This document shows positions 1 to 14,114 of a stretch of DNA of 64,000 nucleotides, in pieces; the stretch's first letter is position 1; every line of letters starts with the position of its first letter. Position numbers and translations under genes: made by a program. Origin of the DNA: Octopus sinensis (taxonomy: Eukaryota); NCBI RefSeq assembly GCF_006345805.1, contig NC_042997.1, forward strand, positions 203,856,001 to 203,920,000, given 5' to 3'. Below the pieces are notes generated by a model, which ran no database searches, was not told the DNA's origin, and saw nothing but the letters and a program-made list of their open reading frames with translations.

Positions 1-260
1 CAGCTTCCAGACGATTGATATCCTGGGCAAGATAGGGGTTCCAGACCGGTGATGCAAATTCCAGGTGAGGTCTTACCATAGCTATATAAAGCCGCAGATA
101 GATAGCCGGAGAGCAGCTCACAAAGGATTTGGTGAGTGATGCCAAGCCACCCTCAGCCTTCTTGACAATTTTAGCGATGTGTTTTGTCCAACGCAAATCA
201 CTGTCGACAATAACACCCAGGTCACTTCACATGAAGACTTTTTGAGACTAGTGTTGTGGA
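1..260 (-). mobile_element. possible 3' remnant of an RLE-type non-LTR retrotransposon
   Basis: GC-richer coding-like minus-strand stretch (TSLKLSRRLRVAW...LSICGFI*LW) loosely resembling LINE C-termini. Confidence 0.3.
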
Positions 261-390
261 GGGAGTAGGTGGACGCTGGGTTTCTCCTCCCAAAATGTGC
301 ATATGTGTTTATAATTGATACTCTTGAGGTCACATGATCGAAGTTTGAGTCTGATAGCACCATTTTTGTTTCTGGTTTTACAGTTTATGC

Positions 391-927
391 ATGGTTGCTC
401 CACTAGCAATGTATACCAAAGAACAAAGAGCAGTGATCTGGTTTCTCTGGTTGGAAGGTGTGTCAGGTGCTGAAATACATCAGAGGCTTTTAGCACTATA
501 TGGGGACAGTGCGCTGCTATGTAGAAGTGTGTATGAGTGGATTGAGAAGTTTAAAAGTGGCAAGTGTGATGCACGAAGACACCTGTCAACCTCCACCACT
601 GACAAGAAGATTCAGCAAGCTCGAGAGGCTGTGATGGTGGACCAGCAAGCTATGATCGATGAGGTAGCTCATTCTCTGTAGATTAGTCATGGTCTGCCTA
701 TCAAATCATCCACGATGAGCTCAGCTTCCATAAAGTCTGTGCAAGATGGGTGCCAAGAGATGTTGCTGCAGAGCACAAGCACAAATGTCTTGAAGCCTGC
801 CAACGTTCACTTGATTGCTACAACAATGTGGGTAAAGGATTTTTGAGCAGAATAGTCACAGGAGATGAAACATGGGTCCATCATGGTGGAGGCAGAATCC
901 CAAAGACAGAGTATGGAGTGGAAACAA
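391..927 (+). mobile_element. decayed mariner-family transposase (HTH to first catalytic D)
   Basis: EQRAVIWFLWLEGVSGAEIHQRL...VYEWIEKFKSG, WVPRDV (WVPHEL-like), IVTGDETWVHH, QSMEWK; stop and frameshifts. Confidence 0.9.
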
Positions 928-1064
928 TAAAGAAGACAAATAGGAAACATGTCTACTTATTTCAGCTCTGAGATTCTTAATATTAAATGTGAGGGATTGA
1001 AGTTTTTATGGATATGGTTTCCTCATTCTTCGTTTTATAAGATTATTTTTCTTTTATTGCACAG

Positions 1065-1176
1065 TGTTTCGATGGAATCAATGGGAATGGAACTTGTAAA
1101 TGTAAAGAAGGCTTTGGTAAGGAAGCATGCAGGGGTTGTGCCGCTGATGATGTGTTTGGGCCCCAGTGTACTGAGA
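1065..1176 (+). CDS. stabilin-like exon 1 (in window): laminin-type [40 protein letters not shown]
   Basis: ttttattgcacag acceptor, GTAAGT donor, phase 0-1. Confidence 0.92.
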
Positions 1177-1563
1177 GTAAGTATTAAATGAATTAATTAA
1201 TACTCCATGTTTACCATTAATGAGTATAAAATTACTCAAGATAGTTTTGGCAGTTATTTTGGTCCTGGGTGATGGCCACATCTGAGGGTATTGGTTTAAT
1301 CTGATTTTGCTTTAAATATTCTACTTGTTTTATTCAAAGCTAAGAATAAAGCAATCTCCATGAACCATTTCTAACCAATGTTTGAGGATTACATATTGGA
1401 GGGTTTATTAACCTGTTTTCATCCTTCATCAACTATTTCATACTGTTTCCTAAATGACCTGATATTATATTTATTGATTCTACTTTACAGAATTCATGCA
1501 TACACATACATACATACATACATACATACATACATACATACATACATACATACATACATACAT

Positions 1564-1594
<31 letters not shown>

Positions 1595-4500
1595 TACACA
1601 TACATACATACAAACATACATACACACATACATACATACATACATACATACATACATACATACATACATACATGCATATGTACGTACATACATCAATACA
1701 CAAACATACATTTATTCAGCTTCTCGATACACAAAACAATGAAATGAGTACAAATTTTCAAAAGGAAAATATTTACTACACTGCCTCCTCCTCCTCCTCC
1801 CCCCTCCCTCCCCCCTCCCTCCTCTCCCCTCCTCCTTCTCCTCCTCCTCTTCTTCTTCTTCTTCTTCTTCTTCTCTTCTTCTTCTCCATCATACCTCCTT
1901 CTCCCCTCCTCCTTTTCTACCATTATTCTTTCTCTCTCACTGTGCATGTGTGTGTACCTTTTCTTTGCTCATTGCCTGCCACCAAGCCTAGTATGCGTAC
2001 CCATACTGCACCTCTTAATGTTGACTATCTCATATCTCTATTTTCCTCTGTCCCCCCCTCTCTCTCCATATATATATGAAATGTAAAGCACGACTGGACA
2101 AGACAAGCAAGCAAGCGACCAAGCAACCAATATTTAATCAATATTTATGTTGGTTATTAATCAATAGAGATCATGTAAACATCTCATTATTTTTCAACTT
2201 GCAGAATGTACGTGTCGCTATGGTGAGTGTGACAGTGGAGTTAATGGCAGTGGACAATGCAAGAAATCTAGTTGCCAGGTAGGATTTAAAGGACGAAACT
2301 GTGATAGACAAATAACCAGTTGCAATGGGAAAGTTTCCATATGTCCAGCAGTCACTGAATGCCTTGAAAATAATGAAATCAGGTTTGTATTCATCACACA
2401 TCTTATCTCTCCTTTTCTCTTTTACTCTTAGATACTTTTATCGTATTGGTTTCAAATTGTAGCACAAGGCCAGCAATTTTGAGGGAGTGGGCAAGTCAAA
2501 CATTGACCCCAGTGTTCAACTGGTACTTATTTTATTGATCCCAAAAGGATTAATGGCTAAGTCAACCTCAGGAGGATTTGAACTCAGAATGTGAAGACAG
2601 GCAAAATGTCACTAAGTGTTTTTCCCAGCATGCTAACAATTAAGCCAGCTTTCTGTCTTCATATTTAATTACTGGTCGAGACACCATATTCCATTTTGTT
2701 ACCATATTTCTGTTGAGATGTTTTGTGTTTCTTTCAATTAATTTTAAATATAACAAAGAATTTAGTAAAATAACTCAGTTATCATTCAGCTTGTGTTAGG
2801 AACATAAATTGTGACTAAGGTTTGGTGGAAGATTTTAATTCAGAACTTTTGAAAACAAGACATTTGTACACAGAGCCAGAAGTGGTTTGAACCAAGTTGG
2901 TATCAAACAGGTTAAATTAATCATTTGTTAACTCTTTTCTTACCATATTTCTGATGAGATGCTCTGTGTTTCTTTCAATTAGTTTTAAATATAATAAAGA
3001 ATTTAGTAAAATAACTTACTAAACAGAGGCAGTTTCAGCTGGGGTGGTAATCAAAATGGTTAAATTAATCATTTGTTAACCCTTTTGTTACCATATTTCT
3101 GTTGAGATGTTCAGTGTTTCTTTCAATTAGTTTTAAATATAATAAAGAATTTAGTAAAATAACTTACTACAGAGCCAGAGGCAGTTTCAGCTGGGTTGGT
3201 ATCAAAAGAGTTAAATTAACCATAAGTCAATAATGTGTCCTAACTTTTGTGTTGGCTGTGACACTTAATCTCTTTCATTTCTACAGAATTTAGAGCCGGC
3301 TCATGACGTGTTGCATATGAACAAGTCTATGTAAACAATACAACTGAAGATAGAAAAATAGATACACCCATCACCTATTTCTCTATCTTCAGTTGCCTTA
3401 GTTACATAGACATATTTGTGTATGAAACATTGTGTCTTTCTGTGCTGGTTGTAAATTCTATAGGAAATCATAGAGATGATTTAATACTGTCATCATAATC
3501 CTTTCACACATCTGTTTCCCATGTTGGCATAGATCGGATGGGTCACCACTGTCCAAGTCTTATTGAAGCTACTGTCTTCTTAGATATTTCATTCTACTAT
3601 CCATTTCTTAAAATGATTTCTACAACTGGATGCCCTTCCTAACACCATGTATTTTAGAAAGGGGCAGCCTGCCACAGAAGCTCTGCTAAAAACAAAAAAA
3701 TAGAGAGAGAAACTATACCAAAACAGTCACAGGAACTCGACATGGTCCTCTGCCCATTTGGGCAACCATGGAAGACAGCTGTTAAATGATGACGACGACG
3801 ACGAAGATGGTTGTGGTGGTGGTGATGATGATGATAATATGTGAGGCACATTCAAAAAGAGCCCCAGGTGACACTAAGTCTGGCTGTGTCACTGATTATA
3901 TGTGTCTTCTGTTTTAGATATTGTTATACAAAGATATTTAACACAGCAAGTCCATAAGAGATGTTATCTAAGGACAAATACCCCAGTAACCGGCCTATAG
4001 ACACCACCACCATCATAATCCCCATCACCATCATCACCACCACTACAGCCACCACCACCACCACCACCATCATCACCACCATCACCGCCACTGCAGCCAC
4101 TGCCACCACCACCACCACCACAACCACCATCGTCCTCATCAACCTCATCGTCATCATCATTTAACATCCATTCTCCATGCTGGCATGTGTTGGATAGTTT
4201 GACAGAGGAGGTGGCAAGGTCAGAATCCACATCAGAGTCCCCTGTCTGTCTCAGCATGGTTTCTACAGATGGATGTCCTTCATAACATCAACCACTTTAC
4301 AGAATGTTTTGGGTGCTTTTTTTTATGTGGCACCATCACCAACAGGGTTGCCAAGTATCTGGCAAGACAAAATCTCCCTCTACCGGGAGGGGGAGAAGTA
4401 TTGATGGGGCGTGGCTTCGTGCCAGTTGAAGAATATGATATGTCATAGATGGTTATATTTCAATATGTTTCAGATGTTTGTGCTGGCCTGGCTATGAAGG

Positions 4501-5496
4501 GGATGGAAACCAATGTACAGAGATTGACCCTTGTAAAAATCCAAATATATGTCATGAACAGGTGAGTTGACATCTAAATTACACTATTTATTTCCAATTA
4601 AGAGCACCATCCGAGCGTGATCATTGCCAGAGCCTCCATGCTGGTGGCACGTGATCATTGCCAGAGCCTCCATCTGGCCTCCATGCTGGTGGCACGTGAT
4701 CATTGCCAGAGCCTCCATCTGGCCTCCATACTGGTGGCACGTGATCATTGCCAGAGCCTCCATCTGGCCTCCATGCTGGTGGCACGTGATCATTGCCAGA
4801 GCCTCCATCTGGCCTCCATGCTGGTGGCACGTGATCATTGCCAGAGCCTCCATCTGGCCTCCATGCTGGTGGCACGTAAAAGACACCATTCGAGCATGAT
4901 CGTTACCAGCATCGCCTTACTGGCACCTGTGCCAGTGGCATGTGTAACAGATTCGAGCGAGGTCGTTGCCAGTGTTGCCTTACTGGCCCCGTACCAGTGG
5001 CACGTAAAAGCACCCACTACACGCTCGGAGTGGTTGGCATTAAGAAGGGCATCCAGCTGTAGAAACTCTGCCAGATCAAGATTGAAGCCTGATGCAGCCA
5101 TCTGGTTCACCAGCCCTCAGTCATACGTCCAACCCATGCTAGCATGGAAAGCAGACGTTAAACGATGATGATGATGACCACACCTGAACTTTTAAAAGGA
5201 TTATAGGAAATTTTGGCATAAACATTTTTGCAATAGGAAAATTTTCCATAATAAATTAAACTATAGGAAAATTCATCATAAAAATTTGTCATATTCTTTT
5301 ATTTGTTTCAGTCATTTGACTGTGGCCATCCTGGAGCACTGCCTTTAGTCAAACAAATCGATCCCAGGACTTATTCTTTGTAAACCCAGTGCTTATTCCA
5401 CTGGTCTGTTTTGCTGAACCACTAAGTTATGGGGATGTAAACACACTAACATCGGTTGTCAAGTGATAGTGGGGAGACAAACACAGACGCAGAAAC

Positions 5497-5549
<53 letters not shown>

Positions 5550-8500
5550 TATATATATATACACACACATATATATACGATGAGCTTCTTTCAGTTTCCA
5601 TCTACCAAATACACTCACAAGGCTTTGGTCGGCCCAAGGCTATAGTGGAAGACACTTGCCCAAGGTGTCATGCAGATGGACGGAACCTGAAACCATGTGG
5701 TTTGGAAGCAAGCTTCTTACCACACAGCCATTCCTGTGCCTACAGAAACATTCACAGCAAAAAGCAGGTTATTTGTGCTGCATTGTTTGGAATCACCAAA
5801 CATTTTAAAAGATCTCATCATGTTTTCTTTTAATGTTTGACATTGTATAAAGACTTGTCTCTTACTTTTTATAATTCTTTTTTTCACTTAAAAAATGCTG
5901 ATATAATCTGGTGAATTTTCCAGTACAGCAAATTTTCTTATAAGCCCTAAAATTCACTCCATAATTGCCCACGAGCATATGGCATAGTGGTTAAGAGCAC
6001 GGGCTACTAACCCCATGATTCTGAGTTCGATTCGAGGCAGTGGCCTGAATAAAAATAATAATAATATTGATAATAATAATAATAATAACAACAACAAGAA
6101 CAACAACATTGCTAAATACCTTAGGAATGAGAACCCCTGGTTCGAAATTTCCCCAAGTCACCCGATGAAGGTTGGAGGGTATATTAGCTGAAATGTTGTT
6201 AACAACAAACAAGATGAGGACAAATATCCATCAAATGTAAATAATGTAAATAATGAACAAATTTCTCTACAGCAAATTTTTCCCTACAAAAATGTTTCTG
6301 GAAATGTTTTAAAATAATTAATTTCTGTTTGGCATTGTAGGCTACCTGTACGAAGACTGGTCCTGGCAAAAACAATTGCACCTGTAATGAAGGTTGGGTT
6401 GGTGATGGCCATTATTGTCATGTAGCACATATATGTATGCTGCACCGAGACTGCGACCAAAATGCCGAGTGTCAGCTTAGTGGACCTGGTGGTGTAAGTT
6501 GCATAAAGTTTATATAAATTCTATCAAAACAGCAAAAGACCAACTCTTTTGCATGAGAAACAATCCAAAGCAAAGTCAAATTTTGGTCAATTACATAAAA
6601 CACAGTGGACACAGAATATTCAATTAGTTTTTATCTCTAGTCATTAGCAACATTGCACACATGAAGCGGTGAGCTGGTAGAATTGTTAGAACACTGGACG
6701 AAATGCTTAGCAGTAGTTTGCCTGTCTTTTCGTTCTGAGTCCAAATTCTGCTGGGGTCAATTTTGTCTTTCACTCTTTCGAAGTCAATACAATAAGTATC
6801 AGTTGCATATTGGGGTTGAAATAATCGACTGGTCCCCTCCCAAAATATTTCAGGCCTTTAGTAGAAAGGATTATCATTGTTATTCTTGTTATAGTTAAAT
6901 TTTGTTTTTATTAACAGTATAAGCACCCATTACACTCTCGGAGTGGTTGGCATTAGGAAAGGGCATCCAGCCATAGAAAATCCATGCCAAATCAGACTGG
7001 AGCTTGGCACAGCCTTCCAGCTTACCAGCCCAGTCAAACCGTCCAACCCATGCCAGCATGAACAATGGATGCTAAATGATGATGATGATGAGTATATTTT
7101 TACAGGAAGAAAATGAAAGCAAAAACATTAAGAGTATAAAAAAAACCAAATCCACCTTGCAAGGAAAAGAAGCAAGGGTACACATCATTACTATCTCTCA
7201 GTTGTTGGTTTAATAACGGTTTTAAATTTTGGTTCAAGGCTAACAATTTCAGGTGGGGATTTAGTTACTCTTTTATTCTTTTACTCTTTTACTTGCTTCA
7301 GTCATTTGACTGTGGCCATGCTGGAGCACCACCTTTTAGTCGAGCATATTGACCCCAGGATTTATTATTTGTAAGCCTAGTACTTATTCTATCGGTCTCT
7401 TTTGCCAAACGGCTAAGTTACGGGGACGTAAACACACCAGCATCAGTTGTCAAGCGATGTTGGGGGAACAAACACAAACATACACACACACATATATACA
7501 TATATACGATGGGCTTCTTTCAGTTTCCGTCTACCAAATCCACTCACAAGGCATTGGTCGGCCCGAGGCTATAGTAGAAGACACTTGCCCAAGGTGCCAC
7601 ACAGTGGGACTGAACCTGGAACCATGTGGTTGGTAAGCAAGCTACTTACCTCACAGCCACACCTGTTAATTATGTTGAGTCCCATTGTTCAAATAACATT
7701 TATTTTATCGACCCTGAAAGGAGGAAAGGTAAAACCCAACCATGATGGAATTTGAACTCAGATTGTAACAAAATAGACAAAGTACCACGAAACATTTCGC
7801 TCAGCCAGCTGAACCTTCTGCCGATTTGCCACCTTCAGTCGTTAATTTTAATTTGATTTTCTTTCAGTCCGTGTGTATTTGTAAAGATGGTTTCATTGGC
7901 GATGGCAAAACTTGTACCCCTCAAAATCCCTGTAAGATCGACAATGGAGGCTGCCATCGCAATGTAAGTAAAACTTGAAGGATTTGAAATGTTTCCTTAT
8001 TATGAGACGTCGTTGTTCAAAGAGTGCATTCTTCAAAACCATTTTAACAGATTAATAGTAGTTTCGCTCTCTGTAGGCTTGTTATATTGGAATATCAATC
8101 AGGTACTGGACAAATGTAGCTAGTTTACACACGCACACACACACACACACACACACATGCGTGTGCACATAGACACACACACATGCACACACACACACAT
8201 GCATACATGTGTACACACATACACCACACATGTACACACTCATAGACACACACATATACAAGTACAGATAGATGTGCACACACACACACATGCACGTGCA
8301 CATGGACATACACACACACTCCTTGATGGAGTTTGAACTCGCAATGTAATGATGTAAAGATGGATGAAATGCCGCAAAGCATTTTGTATACATAGATACA
8401 CACACACACACACATGAAGGGCTTCTTTCAGTTTCCTGGTTAGGTTCGAAATTCCAATACAACAACTGAGTTCAATGTAAGACACCTGAAAAAAGGCTGG

Positions 8501-9427
8501 AATGCACAACAGGTGAAACGTAGTGACAGCAACAATCAAGCTGATGACACCACTCTGATTAATATAAACAGGTGTACAAGAATTAAAAAATTTGTTTTCT
8601 GTAGAAGTTTCTCTCATTACACATTAAAAAATATATATATTGCTGCAGTTAGAGAATTTGGTAAAAGATTCCGATTCCTTCAGCTTTACCAAACTATTGA
8701 GATTCTGAAGGGTACGCGATAGAAATTTCTCATCTCACAGATATAGAATTGTACATCTTCCAGTGTTATATCTTTTGGATCAGGCACTTTGTGAAATGAC
8801 TGGAATCGGTGAAAGAGAATGTGTATGTCGTCCTGGTTATGTTGGCGAGGGATTATCGTGTTTTTCAACGATTATGGGAGAAATACGAAATCAACCGGAT
8901 CTTTCAGAACTCTCTGATCTGCTCAAGGTAAGTAACTTTCATAAATAACTTTAATAAAAAAAAAAATCCAAATGGCAAAACACGATACCATTCAGCAGGT
9001 GGGGTTTTTTAATTAACCCTTTATATGATACACTCAGTACAGAGTTCATTTAAGCATATCATCGTCGTCGTTGTCATTGTCGTCTAATTTGTTTATCTGC
9101 CTCTCTATACCTGTTCAACTTGATCCCTCTTATAGCCTTTCTTTACCTTGTGGAATCAATCCCTTGTAAAGACATTGAAGTCTAAGTTTGAATATTTTGA
9201 GCACCACTGTTATCTAAATGGAGAATTTCTGGATCCCACCTGTGGACTATATATATATCATCATCATATATATATATAGTCCACAGGTGGGATCCAGAAA
9301 TTCTCCATTTAGATATATATATATATGTGTATATATAATTTATTCTCAGGCTCAGAATAATGCTGAACAGCATGTATAAGATAGATAATCCTTATATTGC
9401 AGAAAAATTGCCTAGTGCATATATGTA

Positions 9428-9462
<35 letters not shown>

Positions 9463-9489
9463 ATATATATTATATATATATATATATTA

Positions 9490-9540
<51 letters not shown>

Positions 9541-10004
9541 TCATGTGATTGATCAGGTGACTGGATATTGTAATACATCACTGGTCACAATGCTTTTGCT
9601 TTCAAATGATGTCACCCTACTGGTCAGGTAAGCAGGCCAACATTCTCCCTGATTGGAAAGTTAGTCTATCACAGTGACCTGTTTACAGCTGAGTGGACTG
9701 GAGCAATGTGCAATGAAGAGTTTTGCTCAAGGACACAATGTGCAGCTGGTCTGGGAATCAAAACCGCAATCTCACAATCATGAGTGCAATACATCTAACT
9801 ACTATGCCACATGCCTTCATACACACACACACACATACATACACGCATAGACACACATGCACACACAAACACACACATACACACACACAAATATTCACAA
9901 ACAAGCACATGCACACGTACACATGCATACACTTACACGCACATACATGCACATACATATATACACACACACATACATACACACACACATACATACACAC
10001 TCAT

Positions 10005-10041
<37 letters not shown>

Positions 10042-12233
10042 CGTACATATAAGCAACAATGAACCTAGAAAAAAACTCAGCAAGGCCTTTGGCCTGCATT
10101 TGAACAATGTAGACAAATACAAATATATCAAATACCATAAAACATAAATTCTTGATTTTTTCAGAATTACCTCCACCTCTAGACGATGTCTCATGATTCC
10201 CAAATAGCAATTAAAACCAGCTCCGTATCCACAACTATCCTCTTATCTCCAGACAATAAACTGGTCCTTTTCCTTAATGGCATGTCTTTGGAGGATTCTT
10301 AATTTTTGCGATCATCTCCCCATTGTCTCAAATGGAAATAGATTTTGTGATAACAGAGGCACCTAAAACAAGAAAAGCATGGCACATGTTACCAAGCCAT
10401 TTGATGTCCTTGTGAGTTATGGTTGGTTATATTTTACCAAACAATGAAACTGGAGGGGAAAAAGTCATCAAAACTTGAATTCTAATTTGTTTTTGGTAAC
10501 ATAGAAATACATTGTTTCTTTGCAGGATGTTACTTATTTCTGGGAAGAAAATGAAAAATATACATTTTTAGCTCCTAATAATATTGCTGTACTGAAATTT
10601 AAACAGCGTGCATCAGTCTCTTATTGGCAGGAACAATCTAATATCCTTGATTTAATTGCGTGAGTAAAGTCTCAGACATTTTCTTTTTCTTGCTTTATAT
10701 AAAAAACTGTTCTTTTTATTTTTTTAATTTTTTAATTGTTTCAGTCATTTGACTGCAGCCATGCTGGAGCACTGCCTTTAGTTGAACAACTCAACCCCAG
10801 GGCTTATTCTTTGTAAGCCTAGTACTTAATCTATCGGTCTCTTTTTGCTGAACTGCTAAGTTATGAGGACATAAACACACCAACGTCGGTTGTCAAACGA
10901 TGGGTGGGGGACAAACAAAGACACACAAATACATACATACTTCTTAATAATACTAAAACTCTTGAAGCTATTTATTTGTTCCCAAAATATCTCAGAAATA
11001 GTATATTTTATCTTAATATTTTTACATATATATTTTCATACTTACTTTATGCAGTGTTGTATGAGGTTTTGTGATATTTGGACCTCTATTTATCAATGAA
11101 AATGTTTAAGCACAATTTTTATTTGTTATTTCTTGACAAAAAAAAACATAGCTTCTGTGACATCAACACACATACACATATATAGAATACACACACATAT
11201 AATGAATGTCATGGCATGTGAATCAACACAGATGTACGCTATCTGTGACATATACACACACATAGTCTTCGCTCTCTCTCTTTATCACTCTCTAAGAAAA
11301 AAATGTAGACTTTTTGATGTACACACACACTGACATAGAGAAACATCTTTTTTTGCAGAGATTACTTATCGTTTCATCATTTCAGATTTTATACTGTTTC
11401 ATTCATTTGACATTTGTAATCTCTTTGTTGTTTTGATTTAATTTTCTTAATACAACATTACACACAAAAATAAGTACTGATCAATTATGCCATGTGGAAA
11501 TAGACGGGGATCACTTGGTTCACTTGAACTGACTAGATTACCACCACATAAACTTGAATTGAAGAGAGGATCTCCTATAATTTCAACGAGAAACTTAGAT
11601 CCTCCAAGGCTTTGCAATGGAACATGGATGATTGTACAAGTAATGTACAAGAATCTAATCATAGCAAAGATCAATGTTGGTGCATTAGAAAATGACATTG
11701 TCATGATTCCTAGAATGAAACTTAATACAGCAGAAGGTGAAGATATACCTTTTCAGTGAACCCAGTTCCCGTCACAGTCATGTTTTGCAATTACGATACA
11801 TAAAGCACAAGGACAGACCATGTAGAATGTCTTAATTTATCTTGAAAAGCCAGTATTCCAGCATGGTCAGCTGTATGTGGCTTTAAGCCGGTGAATAAGG
11901 AATGAAAATGTTAAAGTATTCTTGAAGGAAGGCAGGTCTACCAGAAATGTTGTCATAAAAAGTGCTCTCCTTTAAATAACCAGGAGGTAAAATTGTCTCT
12001 ATTCTTTATTACAGAAAACGTTATAAATATCCTTTCAGACAATCTATTCATACTCGCAATTTTCTTCAGACTTTAAATTGATTACAATTGTTTGGATAAT
12101 TCCAATTAAACAAGTCCAGAAGTTATATATAAACATGCTATGTGAATATATATACATGCCATGCATTCTCATTCTACAAACTGGCAAACAACTCTATGAA
12201 TACTTTACTGGGCAACGCTGGGTAGTAAGTCCA

Positions 12234-12305
<72 letters not shown>

Positions 12306-14065
12306 CCAAAATGTACAGTATTATATATCCATCATGGTTGATCTTACCAATCAGTTTCGCACAAGGAATGCAATGGAGTGTTAAGTAACAATCCTGACTT
12401 ATGGAGTCTTAGATGACTCATGTATATATCATCATCATCATCATCATCATTTAACATCTGCTTTCCATGCTGGCATGTGTTGGACAGTTTGACTGAGGAC
12501 TGGCAAGCCAGAAGGCTGTACCAGGCTCCAATCTGATGTGGTAAGGTTTCTACAGCTGGATGCTCCTCCAAGTGCCAACCACTCCGAGAGTGTAGTGGGT
12601 GCTTTTTTACATGCCACTGGCACATATGTATACATACATACATACATACATACATACATACATACATACATTGGTGTTTTGCTTCAACACTTGAACAAAG
12701 AGGACATTGCCTCTGTGAGGCCCAAAGTTCAAAGATCATGCTTCACCACCTCATCCCATGTCTACCTGGGTCTACCTTTACCACAGGTTCCCTCCACAAT
12801 TAGAGACTGGCACTTCTTTACATAGCTGCCTTCATCCATATGCATCACATGACCATACCAGCACAGTCATCTCTCTTGCACACCACGTCTGATGCCTCTT
12901 ATGCCCAACTTTTCTCTTTATGTATACACCACATTAAAATAAGAGCTACTAATAGTTTCTTCCTATTGAGACACGTGGTTAGGCAGATTTTTATAATGTG
13001 CCTTGTATCTCCAAGCAATCTTCAGGCTCTGAGCACATGGTTTGTTTTATTTGAAAAAAAGAGATGCTGCCCAGAGCCTGAAGGCACCTTATAAAAATCT
13101 GCCTAACCACATGTCTCAATAGCAAGAAATAATTAGTAGCTTTTATTTTAAAACAGTTTATACCTTAAATATTTATTGCTCACTGGATGGAGTATTTTGT
13201 TTGGTCGGTCCTACCTTAAATGGAACAGTAACCTATACACACACACACATACACACATGTGTGTACACGTGTGTCTACACATATACATGTATGTATGTGT
13301 GCATGTATATTTGGGTGTGTAAGTGTGTTAGTGTTTCCTTGTCTTGACATCTTGTCATTGCATATAAACAAGTTTCACCATCATGCAAAGTGTCCCTGTT
13401 TTGCAATCTTCCGTAAAAACATGTCTGGTCACAGGGAAAGACTACTTTACTTAGAAACAGGTGAAGGCTTGCAATAGGAGAAAGCATCTGTGGTGACAGG
13501 AAAATCTGCCTCACTGACTTCCATCTGACCCATGCAGGTATGGAAATGGAGATGTCAAAACCGATGGTGATGATGGTGGTGGTGGTGATGATGATGCTGA
13601 TGCTGATGCTGATGATGATGATTGGGATGATGATGATGACGATGATGATGATGATGATTGGGATGATGATGATGATGATGATGACGATGACGATGATAAT
13701 GATTGGGATGATGATGATGATTGGGATGATGATGATGATGACAACAATGGTGATGAGGATGTTTATATGTGCTTCAGATTGATGTTTTAAATGCTTTGCC
13801 ACAAATAATTAATTGAAATAATGTCAAGTTTCTGTACCGTGTCTTACAGGTTCCATACTTTAAACGGCAGCTACAGCATGGACACTTTACAGCAAATGAA
13901 CCAAGAAGAATTCAAAACATCCATGACAGGTTTCAATGTCATGATCGTCACAAACGAAACGGTAAATGAAATTCTTTTAACCTTCATCATTTTCAGCATT
14001 AAATAATTAAAGGAATTACTGCTGCTGTTGCTGCTGCTACTACTACTACTACTACTACTACAACA

Positions 14066-14114
<49 letters not shown>

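Noticed and set aside
1378-2079. Long ORFs such as 1378-2079, 13275-13802, 14028-14516, 20696-21265, 38881-39363
   Set aside because: Translations of (CATA)n, (GAT)n, (CA)n and (CT)n microsatellites; no domain content.
4617-5168. 183-aa repetitive ORF and overlapping ORFs
   Set aside because: Artefact of the 45-bp tandem array (multiple of 3) inside a family C repeat.
5978-6050. tRNA genes at SINE heads (also 21489, 37222, 45720-45788, 52013, 57890)
   Set aside because: A/B boxes are present but each continues into a SINE body and no complete cloverleaf with acceptor stem was evident.
13560-13760. CTGATGA matches in (GAT)n tracts and elsewhere (e.g. 1144, 26986 context checked separately)
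   Set aside because: Outside the listed elements no stem II, GAAA or stem I pairing follows; chance matches, and 1144 lies in exon 1.
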